From positions 1 through 56,587 of IMG/VR virus record IMGVR_UViG_3300047198_000034: a DNA stretch of 56,587 bases. The stretch is one strand, 5' to 3'. This DNA comes from a virus. Taxonomy: Duplodnaviria; Caudoviricetes. Positions 40,628 to 50,103 of this stretch are shown here, in pieces. Both the position numbers and the translations under genes were made by a program. Under the pieces are notes generated by a model that saw only the letters and a list, made by a program, of their open reading frames with translations, was not told where the DNA came from and searched no databases. The stretch's first letter is position 1; the number at the start of each line of letters is the position of its first letter.

Positions 40628-41119
40628 TTAATCCGCATAAACTGTTGCCATTGGTGCATAGCGAGTTGGGATAAGAATCGCAAATACCCCACCCGTGCAT
40701 GATGCCCCAAAATCCGATGTATTAAGACCGATGCAATCAAATCCATTGGCAATGTCCATATCTCTTTCAGGAACGATGTCAAAAACGACCATCTTCGTTC
40801 TGGTTGCCTCGGTATCTGTGGTATAAACGCCTAATGTGGCTGTGCCAAGAGTTAGGAGATTGCTAAGAGCACAGTTCTGGTTGTAATAGACGGGACTGTT
40901 CACCAATAATGCTTTCTCACTCGTTCCAGTTGTAGTGCCAGCACCGGCTGTTGCCTGTTTTACTGTAAGGGTATGTTGCGTAGCAACAGCACCCTGAGTA
41001 ATTATGACAACAAGAAATGCCCTATGAACATTCTTCAAGCTGATATAGGCACTATCTTTTGCCTCGTTCACTAAAAATCTTCCTAAGTTTGCTATTAGAT
41101 TCAATTCTGGATGAAACAT
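40628..41119 (-). CDS. Head decoration-like protein
   Basis: Immediately downstream of the capsid gene. Confidence 0.55.
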   Translation of the reverse strand: MFHPELNLIANLGRFLVNEAKDSAYISLKNVHRAFLVVIITQGAVATQHTLTVKQATAGAGTTTGTSEKALLVNSPVYYNQNCALSNLLTLGTATLGVYTTDTEATRTKMVVFDIVPERDMDIANGFDCIGLNTSDFGASCTGGVFAILIPTRYAPMATVYAD

Positions 41120-41199
41120 AGTTATTACCTCCTTGTGAGAGGGGTACTACCCCATGATTTTTATACTGGAGGAGAATTTCACTCCCCCAGGTTAATTGT

Positions 41200-42528
41200 T
41201 TATCTTGCTTCCAATGTGACAAAGGGAGATTGGGTTGCCGTGGTTGCCTGTTCTGGCGTAAAATAGGTACTCCAAGCAGGCTGACCATCTATTCTCATCA
41301 CAAACCGATAGTAAGTTTGATCGGTGATAAAACCATAATGCATGGAAATGGCTTCCTGAACTCCGCCCTTTTCGATCAAAATATATTCGGCAAAATCGGC
41401 AAGAATGATATCTCCGACATCGCCAAGCTTGCTGCAATAGTTGCAAGGGATAACTGGCCGACCAAAGAGCGTTCCATAAGGTTGGGCACTCGCTCCACCA
41501 GGAGGAAGATATACTGGTGATCCTCCTACGCCTACTGTGATTCCCATCCCATACAATTCCGGTTCGATGCTTTGATTGATTAACCAAATTGCATTGGTTC
41601 GACTATCGGCATACATTCTTGACCACATATTTTTGATGTTTTCATACTGGATAGTATCGGCAAGTTGGCCATTTTCTTTACCTACTGTCACCAGGCACCC
41701 TGAATTAATGATGCCCAGTGGTTGTCCAGCACCACTTCCCCTGATGATTTGTTTTTCGGCTTCCTTTACCAATGCTCTGTTAGCTCCCAGTCTGACGAAA
41801 GCTTCAAGCGCCGTTGCATCGCTTAATAATTCATCAGTTGTAGGTACAACGGCGATCAATTTTTTAAGTCTTAAAAGCATTGCTTTTAATTTAGGACTGG
41901 AGGGAGTCTTTGATCCTGCCTCTCCTAACCAATAGGCTATAATTCCCCCAAAAATCCCTGCTGATTCAGCGTCATCAGCCGCCACAGGGATAGTAATCGA
42001 ATTGCTATTGGCAGAAATCGGCATTCTTGTGACTCGTTGAAGGATCTGACCAGTTGAAAACATCTTTGTCTTGATTTCGCTTGCGTAATCCTGTTGCACG
42101 AGAAAACCACCATCTGAAGGAGAGGTTTCACTCATACCTGCCGCAGCACGTAAAAGTCTCCGATCCACACCACGGGAAGGATCTGTTGCTCTCGCAACGG
42201 CAATAAGTTGTTCCCCTAAGGAAGCGAAACGATTTTCTTTTGTAGGAAGACCGGGAAATTTCGCTTGGAGTGGATCCAAATGAGGAACAGGATCTGGTCT
42301 TATCCCATCCCTTATGGGTCTGTTTAATTTCTCTTCGATGGCGTTTTGCCTGATGCACGATTCAAGGTCAGCCTGAAAATGCTCAAGATCGGTGACGAAT
42401 TCGTTTATTTTTACTATTTCTTCACCGATTGGGACTCGATTTTCGACTTCTGCTTTTGATCGGATTGCATTGATTTCTGCCTTGCGAGAATCAATTAATT
42501 TCTGAAGTTCTTGCACTTTCTTAATCAT
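41200..42528 (-). CDS. Major capsid protein, HK97 family
   Basis: N-terminal delta coiled coil; DGGFLVQ; WLGEAG; TDELLSDA; GSGAGQPLGI; TLFGRPV; R.DGQP. Confidence 0.95.
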   Translation of the reverse strand: MIKKVQELQKLIDSRKAEINAIRSKAEVENRVPIGEEIVKINEFVTDLEHFQADLESCIRQNAIEEKLNRPIRDGIRPDPVPHLDPLQAKFPGLPTKENRFASLGEQLIAVARATDPSRGVDRRLLRAAAGMSETSPSDGGFLVQQDYASEIKTKMFSTGQILQRVTRMPISANSNSITIPVAADDAESAGIFGGIIAYWLGEAGSKTPSSPKLKAMLLRLKKLIAVVPTTDELLSDATALEAFVRLGANRALVKEAEKQIIRGSGAGQPLGIINSGCLVTVGKENGQLADTIQYENIKNMWSRMYADSRTNAIWLINQSIEPELYGMGITVGVGGSPVYLPPGGASAQPYGTLFGRPVIPCNYCSKLGDVGDIILADFAEYILIEKGGVQEAISMHYGFITDQTYYRFVMRIDGQPAWSTYFTPEQATTATQSPFVTLEAR

Positions 42529-42568
42529 TTCTTTTACCTCCTATTTCTTTATTTGGTTAATGGTTTGG

Positions 42569-42677
42569 TCAGGGCAAAGAAAAAGGCGGCACAGATAGAT
42601 GGGTTAGCATCTAACCATGCCGCCTTGAATCTTTCTTACGTTCCCGTCAGACTGGCCAATCCTCGGGGGAACCCTGA
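42569..42677 (-). ncRNA. Candidate multi-stem cis-regulatory RNA between the protease and capsid genes
   Basis: Nested stems TCAGGG/CCCTGA, GTTCCC/GGGAAC, AAGGCGGCA/TGCCGCCTT, TAGATG/CATCTA. Confidence 0.5.
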
Positions 42678-42681
42678 AGTT

Positions 42682-43578
42682 TTAGATTATGTTATCTTTC
42701 CTTTCATTTTTCGCCATCACTACATCATAACGTCTTAGGATATCATCAAGATTGATATCCTGTGAATAAGGGATTCCGGTATCTGGATCGATGATATCGA
42801 CAGGTTTGCTGTTCACCAATAATCCTCCCTCCGCACTCCTGGAATAGACGGAAGTCGTAAGATACACTGGTCTGGCCACTACACTTATTTCATCCAATCT
42901 TCCTTCGTCAATCACTTGCAAGTAAGTGCCGCCAGTAATTCTTTCATAATGAGCCGTTCCACTAAATTTAAAGCTCATGTTGGAGATGTCGCCCCTATTG
43001 ATCGATGCCCGCAATCCCTTCACCCAATCGTTTTCAGGAGGAACATTTTCAAAATAAATTCCACCATCATTTTCAATCAGTTTCAAAGTTCCTGCCCGAT
43101 TCCTGCCCAACACTTTTTGAATATCATGTTGATACAATAAAAAAATGTCATCTTCCTCAAGTGAACGTTTGAATGCCCTAATACTGATTTTTTCTTTCAT
43201 TGATGGACTTTCTGGAAGAGGATTATCAGAGATTTTATTATAAGGGACAGCTAATCCTGTGAATTTTGGAAATTTACCATCAAGATCCAGCTTTATTAAA
43301 CTTTCAAAACTTCGGATGTTTCCATCGATGATGGATCGATTCTTCTCTTTATGATCGGCCACCCATTTCTCGGCCTCAGACATTGACCATTTTTCCTTCA
43401 AAAATCTGTATGCCTGAATAACCATTGGCCCATCCGTTCCATCTGCTTTAAGTTTACCGGATATGGCAAAGATACCTTGCTCTTCCGAAAGTGTAATGAA
43501 ACGAAAGGTGCTATCTATAAAAAGATCTGGGTCTTTCACTCTAATTGATATATATTTATCACTCTCTTCGATTGGCAT
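42682..43578 (-). CDS. Prohead protease, HK97 family (start adjusted to MPIEES)
   Basis: FTGLAVPYN...AFKRSL...LLYQHD...LGR...GTLKL...RGDISNMSFKF...LDEISVV..PVY. Confidence 0.9.
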   Translation of the reverse strand: MPIEESDKYISIRVKDPDLFIDSTFRFITLSEEQGIFAISGKLKADGTDGPMVIQAYRFLKEKWSMSEAEKWVADHKEKNRSIIDGNIRSFESLIKLDLDGKFPKFTGLAVPYNKISDNPLPESPSMKEKISIRAFKRSLEEDDIFLLYQHDIQKVLGRNRAGTLKLIENDGGIYFENVPPENDWVKGLRASINRGDISNMSFKFSGTAHYERITGGTYLQVIDEGRLDEISVVARPVYLTTSVYSRSAEGGLLVNSKPVDIIDPDTGIPYSQDINLDDILRRYDVVMAKNERKDNII

Positions 43579-44209
43579 TTTTGTTCCTCCTAAATTGAAT
43601 CCAAAAAATATCTGCATAATCATGGGGTCGATCAATATATTTTGAAGGTTTTAAAATTCCGCCCTCGACTTCTACTGCAAATGCCCTATTATCTTTAATA
43701 GCGACAAAATCAGGTAGAGGTCGCCTATCTATACGAACACAAAGAAAACCCTCTTTTTTAAAAGTTTCAATTTGATTAGTAATTTGTTGGTTATGTTCTT
43801 CACTATTGGAGATTTTTCCCTCCTTGACATGACTTAAATGTTGTCTGTGATCTATTGAATATTTTCTCCCTTTAAGGGCCAAACTTATTTTTTCCTTATG
43901 TTCATCTGTAAATTTTCTTCCCATCATTTTCTGAGATTGAATAGTTTTAAATTCATCAGTCCACCCATAGTTTCCTCTTGCTTTTCGAGTAGCAACCATT
44001 TTTTTAATGGAATTAGGATTTTTCTTTTTCCCTTTAAAAATAAGGGATGTTAATTTTGCCCTACATTCTGATTTAATGCAGATATGTCGTTTTTCGCTTT
44101 TTCCTCTTGAATATTGCCAAAGAGTTCTCGTTATTTTATCTCCGCAAATTTCACAATTAAAAGTAATCTTCTTGGCAGTTCCAGAATTCCATGCCTTCAT
44201 TTCTGGCAT
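43559..44209 (-). CDS. Homing-type endonuclease with NUMOD3 motifs and a PD-(D/E)XK domain
   Basis: TDEHKEKISLALKGRK; LPDFVAIK...AVEVE. Confidence 0.7.
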   Translation of the reverse strand: MPEMKAWNSGTAKKITFNCEICGDKITRTLWQYSRGKSEKRHICIKSECRAKLTSLIFKGKKKNPNSIKKMVATRKARGNYGWTDEFKTIQSQKMMGRKFTDEHKEKISLALKGRKYSIDHRQHLSHVKEGKISNSEEHNQQITNQIETFKKEGFLCVRIDRRPLPDFVAIKDNRAFAVEVEGGILKPSKYIDRPHDYADIFWIQFRRNKNANRRE

Positions 44210-44219
44210 CTTTTTCTCC

Positions 44220-45560
44220 TTATGTCTGGACCTGAGATTCTTTCTTCTTTAGGACATCGGCAATAAGTTTCTGCATTTGCTTGTCTTTTCCGTTTGATCC
44301 TTCGGAGGATGCATCAGCACCTTGAATATTGGCAGGAGTAAGATATTCATCTCCGCCTGGGTCTTCCCTTAATGGCATATTCTCCAATTCCAGGATTGCA
44401 TTTGGGGAAAGCCAACCCCACTGACGACCAGCGGCATAATAAGCAGTTCTTGTAGCCGTATCGCCACGCAGAAGTCCTTCCAATCGATGTTCTACGGAGA
44501 TATTGGGTTCTATAATCAATTTCATCTGAATCGCCTGCTCAATTCTCACACACCATGGTCTCAATGTATAAATAACAACCTCCAATGATTGCTGTTCGAT
44601 ATTGTTATTAGTCGATCTCTCCAAATCATAAATCCAATGGGGAGGGACATTGATCCATCGACAAACTTCTTCGACTTGAAATCTTTTCGATTCTAAGAAT
44701 TGAGAATCTTTAGCGTTGGCAGAAAGAGGATTAAATTTCATCCCCTGTCCAATTATACCAATGAGTTGAGATTTACTTACTCCTCCATATTCTCTGTACC
44801 AATCCTTTCTGATAGCTTCTTTTTCCTCTTTATCTACAATGCCTGGTACTTCCAGAAATCCCGCAGGGGTGGCATTATTAGTAAAGAATCGAGAAGAATA
44901 TTCTTCATAAGCCATACCCGTGGCGATTCCCTCTCTCGCTAATGAGACAATGCCATATCCCATCAATCCATTAAATCCCAATCCTGCAATATGGAGAATT
45001 TCCCAGGGAGGAAAGTTTACAGTCTGTCCATTGTCGGTCATGGTATACTCATAGACAAGCAAACCATTAGGATTGGGACGTTTAACTTTCATGCGGGATG
45101 GATCGAGAGGCCAAAGAGCCAACGGATCACCTATTAAAGTTTGCTGAATGTGAGCGTAGCCATTTCCCCAGAGAATGGCATGGCTGATTAAAGTTTCTCT
45201 GAGTTGCATCGAGGTCATTTCTGGATTTGGTTGGGTATGCAAAAGTCGATAAAGCGGATGATCAATCGCTTTTTTCTTACCTTTTGGAGTCTCACGATAA
45301 ACGTGAAGTGGTAAACTTCCTATCGTTTCAGAAATTTTCCTTACTCCACAGAATAAAGGAGAAAATTTCAATGCCGAGTTTTCATCGACTGAAACACCAG
45401 CCGCCGTAGGATATTCAAGTTTTGAATACCAGAAGTCCTCAAAAGGCCCTCCAGGGGTTGGTTTGCTTCCTCGATACATTGCAACCAACTCAGCCCCCTC
45501 TTTTGGGGGAAGAGTCTTTAATGTCTGAATGAAATCATTAAAATTATCTTTTTCAAGCAT
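44220..45560 (-). CDS. Portal protein, HK97 family
   Basis: IGSLPLHVY...HPLYRLL...PNPEMT...LWGNGYA...EILHI...D.QFLE...INVPP. Confidence 0.95.
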   Translation of the reverse strand: MLEKDNFNDFIQTLKTLPPKEGAELVAMYRGSKPTPGGPFEDFWYSKLEYPTAAGVSVDENSALKFSPLFCGVRKISETIGSLPLHVYRETPKGKKKAIDHPLYRLLHTQPNPEMTSMQLRETLISHAILWGNGYAHIQQTLIGDPLALWPLDPSRMKVKRPNPNGLLVYEYTMTDNGQTVNFPPWEILHIAGLGFNGLMGYGIVSLAREGIATGMAYEEYSSRFFTNNATPAGFLEVPGIVDKEEKEAIRKDWYREYGGVSKSQLIGIIGQGMKFNPLSANAKDSQFLESKRFQVEEVCRWINVPPHWIYDLERSTNNNIEQQSLEVVIYTLRPWCVRIEQAIQMKLIIEPNISVEHRLEGLLRGDTATRTAYYAAGRQWGWLSPNAILELENMPLREDPGGDEYLTPANIQGADASSEGSNGKDKQMQKLIADVLKKKESQVQT

Positions 45561-47410
45561 TAATTGGCTCCAATATTCACTTTTAGTCCATCATAAGAAC
45601 AGAATTCATTCCCTTCGGTATCTTGTCCACACCGTTTACATAAGATTCCGCTTTTTTGTTTTATGATTTTAATTTCATTTTGAGCAATTTCAATCTCAGG
45701 TTCATTTGGATTAAGGGCCGAAATACTCCCCGGCTGATAGATAAACTTTTCAAGTTCAGGATGCCTCATAAGACGATCATAGGCCATAAATGAGGCTACC
45801 ATTCCATCTATTCTGCCATTTGATTTACTTTTATCAGGTCTTATATCCCCATTATCATTCATTATTACTCGCATAACGTCGAGGTGAGTACGGAGTACAG
45901 GATTCCCCCCATGACGAACTTTCCCCACTGTAATCTTGGTCAAAAATTCCTTCATCGGGGGACTGAAAAATTGAAAAGTAGGTTTGAATTGCACCATTGT
46001 AAGACCAGTTTTCTCTAAATCAAGAGCCATCTGAGTTGCGTTCCATGGGTCATAAGAAATTTCAGAGAAATTATATTGTTTGCGAAGTTCACCAATCTTT
46101 GCTCTCACAAAATCATAATCGACGATCTTCCCGGGAATCCCCTGGATCAATCCTTTTGCAATCCATGAATCATATGGTAAGTGATCGCAGTCAATTTTCT
46201 TCTTTAAATCCTCTTCCGGCATCCAAAAGAAAGGGAGAATATCAATCGTTCTGTCCCCGTTTTGAGGAGCGAAGATGAGAACGAAAGCTGTGATGTCGGT
46301 CGTAGCTGAGAGATCCAGACCCCCATAACATGGCCTTTTTTGAAGAGTTTCGGTAAGAAGAGGCATTCCGCATGTATCCCAGTCGCTAAGAGAAATCCAT
46401 TTCGTCTCCTGAGAAGTCCATTGGTTGAGCCGTTTTTGTTTAAAATAATTTTCTTTCGCTGGATTTTCTTTAGCTTCTTTGAAATCAGCCTGAAGATCCT
46501 CAATGGAAAAAGTATAACCAAGGCTGGGATTGGCTAATTTCCAATTATTTTCGTCTTCCCAATTTAAATCAATTGGAACATAATATAGAATTGGCAAAAA
46601 CCGAGGATCATATGTTGGATCTTGTTCAACTTTAAATGCTTTTTCATGGACTTCCCAACATATACTATTTCGATCCCATCCAGCATTAGTCAGAAAAAGA
46701 TAGATTGGCTGTCGCCGTGCAGCGCCACTACCCTGAGTCAACACATCATATAAATCTCTATTCTTCTGTTCTGATAGTTCATCAAAAATTAAGGCACTGA
46801 TATTTAAACCCTGTTTGCTTGCAGTTTCCGAACTTACAACCTCAAGAATTCCATCTCCGGCAGAATAAATTATCTTTTTTTGAGATTCAATAAGTTTCAA
46901 AACTGACGAAAGAATTTCATTTTGTTGAACCATAATTCGGGCAGCTTTAAAACAATAACCAGCCTGAAATCTATCAAAGGCTGCAAGAATGATATTAGGA
47001 GAATTTTCATCATCCCAAAGAAGATGATATAAACCAAGTGCAGCACAAAATTCAGTTTTCCCTGATTTTTTCCCAATTTCTAAATAACATTGTCTATACT
47101 GTCTTTTGCCATCTTCTCTAAAATTTCCATACAACTTTTCAATCATTTCTTTTTGCCACGGAAATAATTGAAGAGAATTTCCCTTCCACTCACCAACCGT
47201 TGCAGTAATAAACCGTTCAAAAAACTCAAAAATACGCTCAGGTCCAGGAGAATAATTTGATTCTGGAAATGATTCATAAGGCCCACGTTTCCATCTAAGA
47301 TCATTAGATTTTCTCGGAACTTGAGTTGAAACATAACCATCCAATTTCAAAGCATTTGAAATTTTTTCTCTTGTTCTTTTCGGTCGTTTTTTACCTTTTG
47401 GCCATCCCAT
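45560..47410 (-). CDS. terL: Terminase large subunit
   Basis: LFPWQ; Walker A IGKKSGKT; Walker B LIFDEL; GLDLS...D; YDPWN; RIDGMVA. Confidence 0.95.
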   Translation of the reverse strand: MGWPKGKKRPKRTREKISNALKLDGYVSTQVPRKSNDLRWKRGPYESFPESNYSPGPERIFEFFERFITATVGEWKGNSLQLFPWQKEMIEKLYGNFREDGKRQYRQCYLEIGKKSGKTEFCAALGLYHLLWDDENSPNIILAAFDRFQAGYCFKAARIMVQQNEILSSVLKLIESQKKIIYSAGDGILEVVSSETASKQGLNISALIFDELSEQKNRDLYDVLTQGSGAARRQPIYLFLTNAGWDRNSICWEVHEKAFKVEQDPTYDPRFLPILYYVPIDLNWEDENNWKLANPSLGYTFSIEDLQADFKEAKENPAKENYFKQKRLNQWTSQETKWISLSDWDTCGMPLLTETLQKRPCYGGLDLSATTDITAFVLIFAPQNGDRTIDILPFFWMPEEDLKKKIDCDHLPYDSWIAKGLIQGIPGKIVDYDFVRAKIGELRKQYNFSEISYDPWNATQMALDLEKTGLTMVQFKPTFQFFSPPMKEFLTKITVGKVRHGGNPVLRTHLDVMRVIMNDNGDIRPDKSKSNGRIDGMVASFMAYDRLMRHPELEKFIYQPGSISALNPNEPEIEIAQNEIKIIKQKSGILCKRCGQDTEGNEFCSYDGLKVNIGAN

Positions 47411-47479
47411 TAATTTTATTCACCAAAACCTAATTAAAATTCTTATCTCGTTAACCAACGGGTTATTTACCCAAGCATC

Positions 47480-47842
47480 TCAAGGATTTATCCCCCCCAC
47501 CCTTTGTTCTTTCCCAATCTCATCCTGATGATACTGGGGCATATGACACGAAGCGCATAGACCTTCACCATTATTGAGATCAATATTCCGCCAGTTATTA
47601 TCTTTGTGGTGAGCGACCGTTGATGGAGTTAGAATTCCTTTTCTTAAACAGGCTTGGCATAAGGGATCACGATGTAAAACTGTTTCTCTCCAATATTTAT
47701 GGGCATTAGAAGCATAATAACTATGCTGCTGTTTTTCTTCGGCTGTATTATAGATTTTAGTTTGTTTAGGTTGATGGAGAGGACACCATTTACCGTGGGT
47801 GAGTAGAACAGAGCATCTTGGAGAGGCACATTGATTATACAA
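47480..47842 (-). CDS. Terminase-associated HNH endonuclease (HK97 gp74-like)
   Basis: VLHRDPLCQAC....STVAHH.....N..GLCASCH directly upstream of terL. Confidence 0.8.
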   Translation of the reverse strand: MYNQCASPRCSVLLTHGKWCPLHQPKQTKIYNTAEEKQQHSYYASNAHKYWRETVLHRDPLCQACLRKGILTPSTVAHHKDNNWRNIDLNNGEGLCASCHMPQYHQDEIGKEQRVGGINP

Positions 47843-47992
47843 TCATATAACTCCTCTAATATTCATTGCTTCATTAGTTACGTTTACTTCAATTGAAGCG
47901 TTTGAATTGTTTGATATTCAATATGGACAGGAATGAAAAGATTTGTCTATGGTGTAATGGGTAGGAATGAGGAGGAATGGGGAGTGATATTT

Positions 47993-48301
47993 TTAAATTT
48001 GGGGATTTATGATGACTTTTATTCGCTTGATCTCGCTTTCCGGGATAAGATAGCCATCTCGAACCCTGATAATATTCATTAAGAATCCTTCATCAATCCA
48101 TCTATAGATTGTTTTCTCTGTTCGTTTTACTTCCTTTGCCGCCTCTTTTACAGTGAGAGTTTTCAATAAGAGTCTCCTTCGATTTTTATTTTTTATTAAT
48201 CTCGGATCAATCTTTCCATCATGTACAGCAATATAGATTGCCTGCAACTGTTCGCCGAATGTTTTAAATAAAAATGGCTGATTTTCCCCTTTTTTTTTCA
48301 T
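47993..48301 (-). CDS. MerR/excisionase-like HTH DNA-binding protein (possible late regulator)
   Basis: LTVKEAAKEVKRTEKTIYRWIDEG...YLIPESEI. Confidence 0.8.
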   Translation of the reverse strand: MKKKGENQPFLFKTFGEQLQAIYIAVHDGKIDPRLIKNKNRRRLLLKTLTVKEAAKEVKRTEKTIYRWIDEGFLMNIIRVRDGYLIPESEIKRIKVIINPQI

Positions 48302-48414
48302 TATTTTACTTTCTTCTTTAATATCTTCTTAGATTTAATCCCACAGGCTTTACAGATATCTTTCCATCCGCTCAAAATAATCTGCTCTTCAGACATTGAT
48401 CCTCCTAATTCTTA

Positions 48415-48630
48415 TCATTCTGGTATCTCGATTTTAACATTCACAGACTCAAGACCTTGCTCATTCCTAATCACTTTGATGGTAGTGACTTCTATTCCTG
48501 TCTTCTGCTCGAATGCCAGAATCTCATGAAATAATCTGATACTCAATCTTCTTTTCTCATCTGCCAGTTCTTTAAGGTCCATGGTTGATTCCTCCTTTCG
48601 AATTGTCTTTTTTATTTTTTCACCTTTCAT
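48415..48630 (-). CDS. Small hypothetical protein
   Basis: Likely start MDLKEL with RBS AAGGAGG. Confidence 0.5.
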   Translation of the reverse strand: MKGEKIKKTIRKEESTMDLKELADEKRRLSIRLFHEILAFEQKTGIEVTTIKVIRNEQGLESVNVKIEIPE

Positions 48631-48631
48631 T

Positions 48632-48655
48632 TGGCGGTCTAACCACCTACCGCCA
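48632..48655 (-). terminator. Hairpin at the 3' end of the last TIGR array
   Basis: TGGCGGT (48632-38) / ACCGCCA (48649-55); no U-tract, so possibly a stability or processing stem. Confidence 0.4.
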
Positions 48656-48657
48656 GG

Positions 48658-48920
48658 GATTTCGCATTGTACCCATGGATTTCAACATTTCAATTGCTCG
48701 CACGAACTCTTTAGATTTCAGATCAACTTTCGCTCGCATATAATTCCTGGGTTTCAGGTCATTCATCGCTCGCATTACCTGGCTGGGTTTCAAGATTTCC
48801 CTCGCTCGCATCCTCTTCCTTGGGTTTCAATAACTGGCTCGCTCGCACACTATCTTTGGATTTCAGCCTCTCCATCGCTCGCATCTTTTTTTTGGATTTC
48901 ACTGGGACCCTCGCTTCACA
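48658..48920 (-). ncRNA. TIGR-type dual-repeat guide array 3 (7 units)
   Basis: 36-nt period: TGCGAGCGA-N9-TGAAA(C/T)CCA-N9 on the minus strand; unique spacers; one 10-nt spacer. Confidence 0.9.
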
Positions 48921-48923
48921 TTT

Positions 48924-49568
48924 TTACAATAGAGCAGATCGTTGTATTGTGCTGTTTGGCTTATCGAACATCTTCCTTATGGTGATTGCCACCTGTGCCG
49001 TAATCTTGAGCTTTTCAATCTGCTCATTGAGTTCCTTAACCTTTTTTACGGCGACTTGAAGAGCTTCTTTTGTATGATCATGGGCCAGCTTTTCATTCTC
49101 ATACATACTCTTCCAATCCGTAATTTCCTTTTTAATTTTAGGTATTGGCCAATGCTTCTGGATGATGGCCTCCATCTTAGCTCTGGACAGGGGCATCTTG
49201 TGCGCAATCCCTTCTTGTTGAATCTCTGAAATAACCTTTTCTACTCTCATCCCTCCACATACTCGATCAATCTTTGATACCAAACCGATGCCATACTCAA
49301 GGGCGTATTTGGGGAATTTGGTAAACGCTCTCACATTTTCACGATAGGTTCCTTGGCGAATGGTGAAATTATCCTCAAGATATTCCCAAAAAGAACTCTT
49401 CTTGTATCTTGGATTTTCCTTGAACCGATAAGTTGTTCTTAGATATTCCAAACATTCATACATTTCCTTCTGATTTTCTCTTGATAAGGTGTAAAGTTTC
49501 TTAATCTTGGCTTCCAATTCTGAGATGTTAATTCCATCATATTTATCGTTCTTTTTGATTTCTTCCAT
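48924..49568 (-). CDS. TIGR-embedded uncharacterised protein (helical, C-terminal coiled coil); start adjusted to MEEIKK
   Basis: Flanked on both sides by arrays; RBS AAGGAGG right after the terminal repeat; YKKSSFWEYLEDNFTIRQGTYR HTH-like segment. Confidence 0.75.
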   Translation of the reverse strand: MEEIKKNDKYDGINISELEAKIKKLYTLSRENQKEMYECLEYLRTTYRFKENPRYKKSSFWEYLEDNFTIRQGTYRENVRAFTKFPKYALEYGIGLVSKIDRVCGGMRVEKVISEIQQEGIAHKMPLSRAKMEAIIQKHWPIPKIKKEITDWKSMYENEKLAHDHTKEALQVAVKKVKELNEQIEKLKITAQVAITIRKMFDKPNSTIQRSALL

Positions 49569-49590
49569 TTGAGATCTCCTCCTTTTTTTT

Positions 49591-50103
49591 AGATTCGCAT
49601 TGGTCACCTGGGTTTCATGTCTATAATCGCTCGCACCTTTTTCATGGGTTTCAGAATTGGATTCGCTCGCAATGATCCATTAGGTTTCAGCTTTTTGTTC
49701 GCTCGCATTCCTCATCTGAGTTTCGAATCCGTCATCGCTCGTATTTTTGTTTTGGGTTTCAAGCCGTCCCTCGCTCGCACTATTTTTATGGGGTTCAATA
49801 CTTGACTCGCTCGCAATAAACGATTGGGTTCCAAAGACTCCCTCGCTCGCATTACTTCCGTGGATTTCAGAAATGTTATCGCTCGCAGAGTTATTTTGGG
49901 TTTCAACTTCAACATCGCTCGCAGGGGCCTCCTGGGTTTCAAGACGGTAATCGCTCATCCTCTACACTCTGGCCTCAATACTGGGAGAAGGCGCACTCAG
50001 GACTTGGATTTCAACCTCTTCATCGCTCGCACTAATTTGCTGGATTTCAGGGAGGGGGTCGCTCGCATTTGTTAACTGGGTTTCAATCGTTAACTCGCTC
50101 GCA
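49591..50103 (-). ncRNA. TIGR-type dual-repeat guide array 2 (14 in-phase units, one degenerate)
   Basis: Same repeats; 36-nt phase kept through the degenerate unit at 49951-49995; first units overlap the tas 3' end. Confidence 0.92.
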
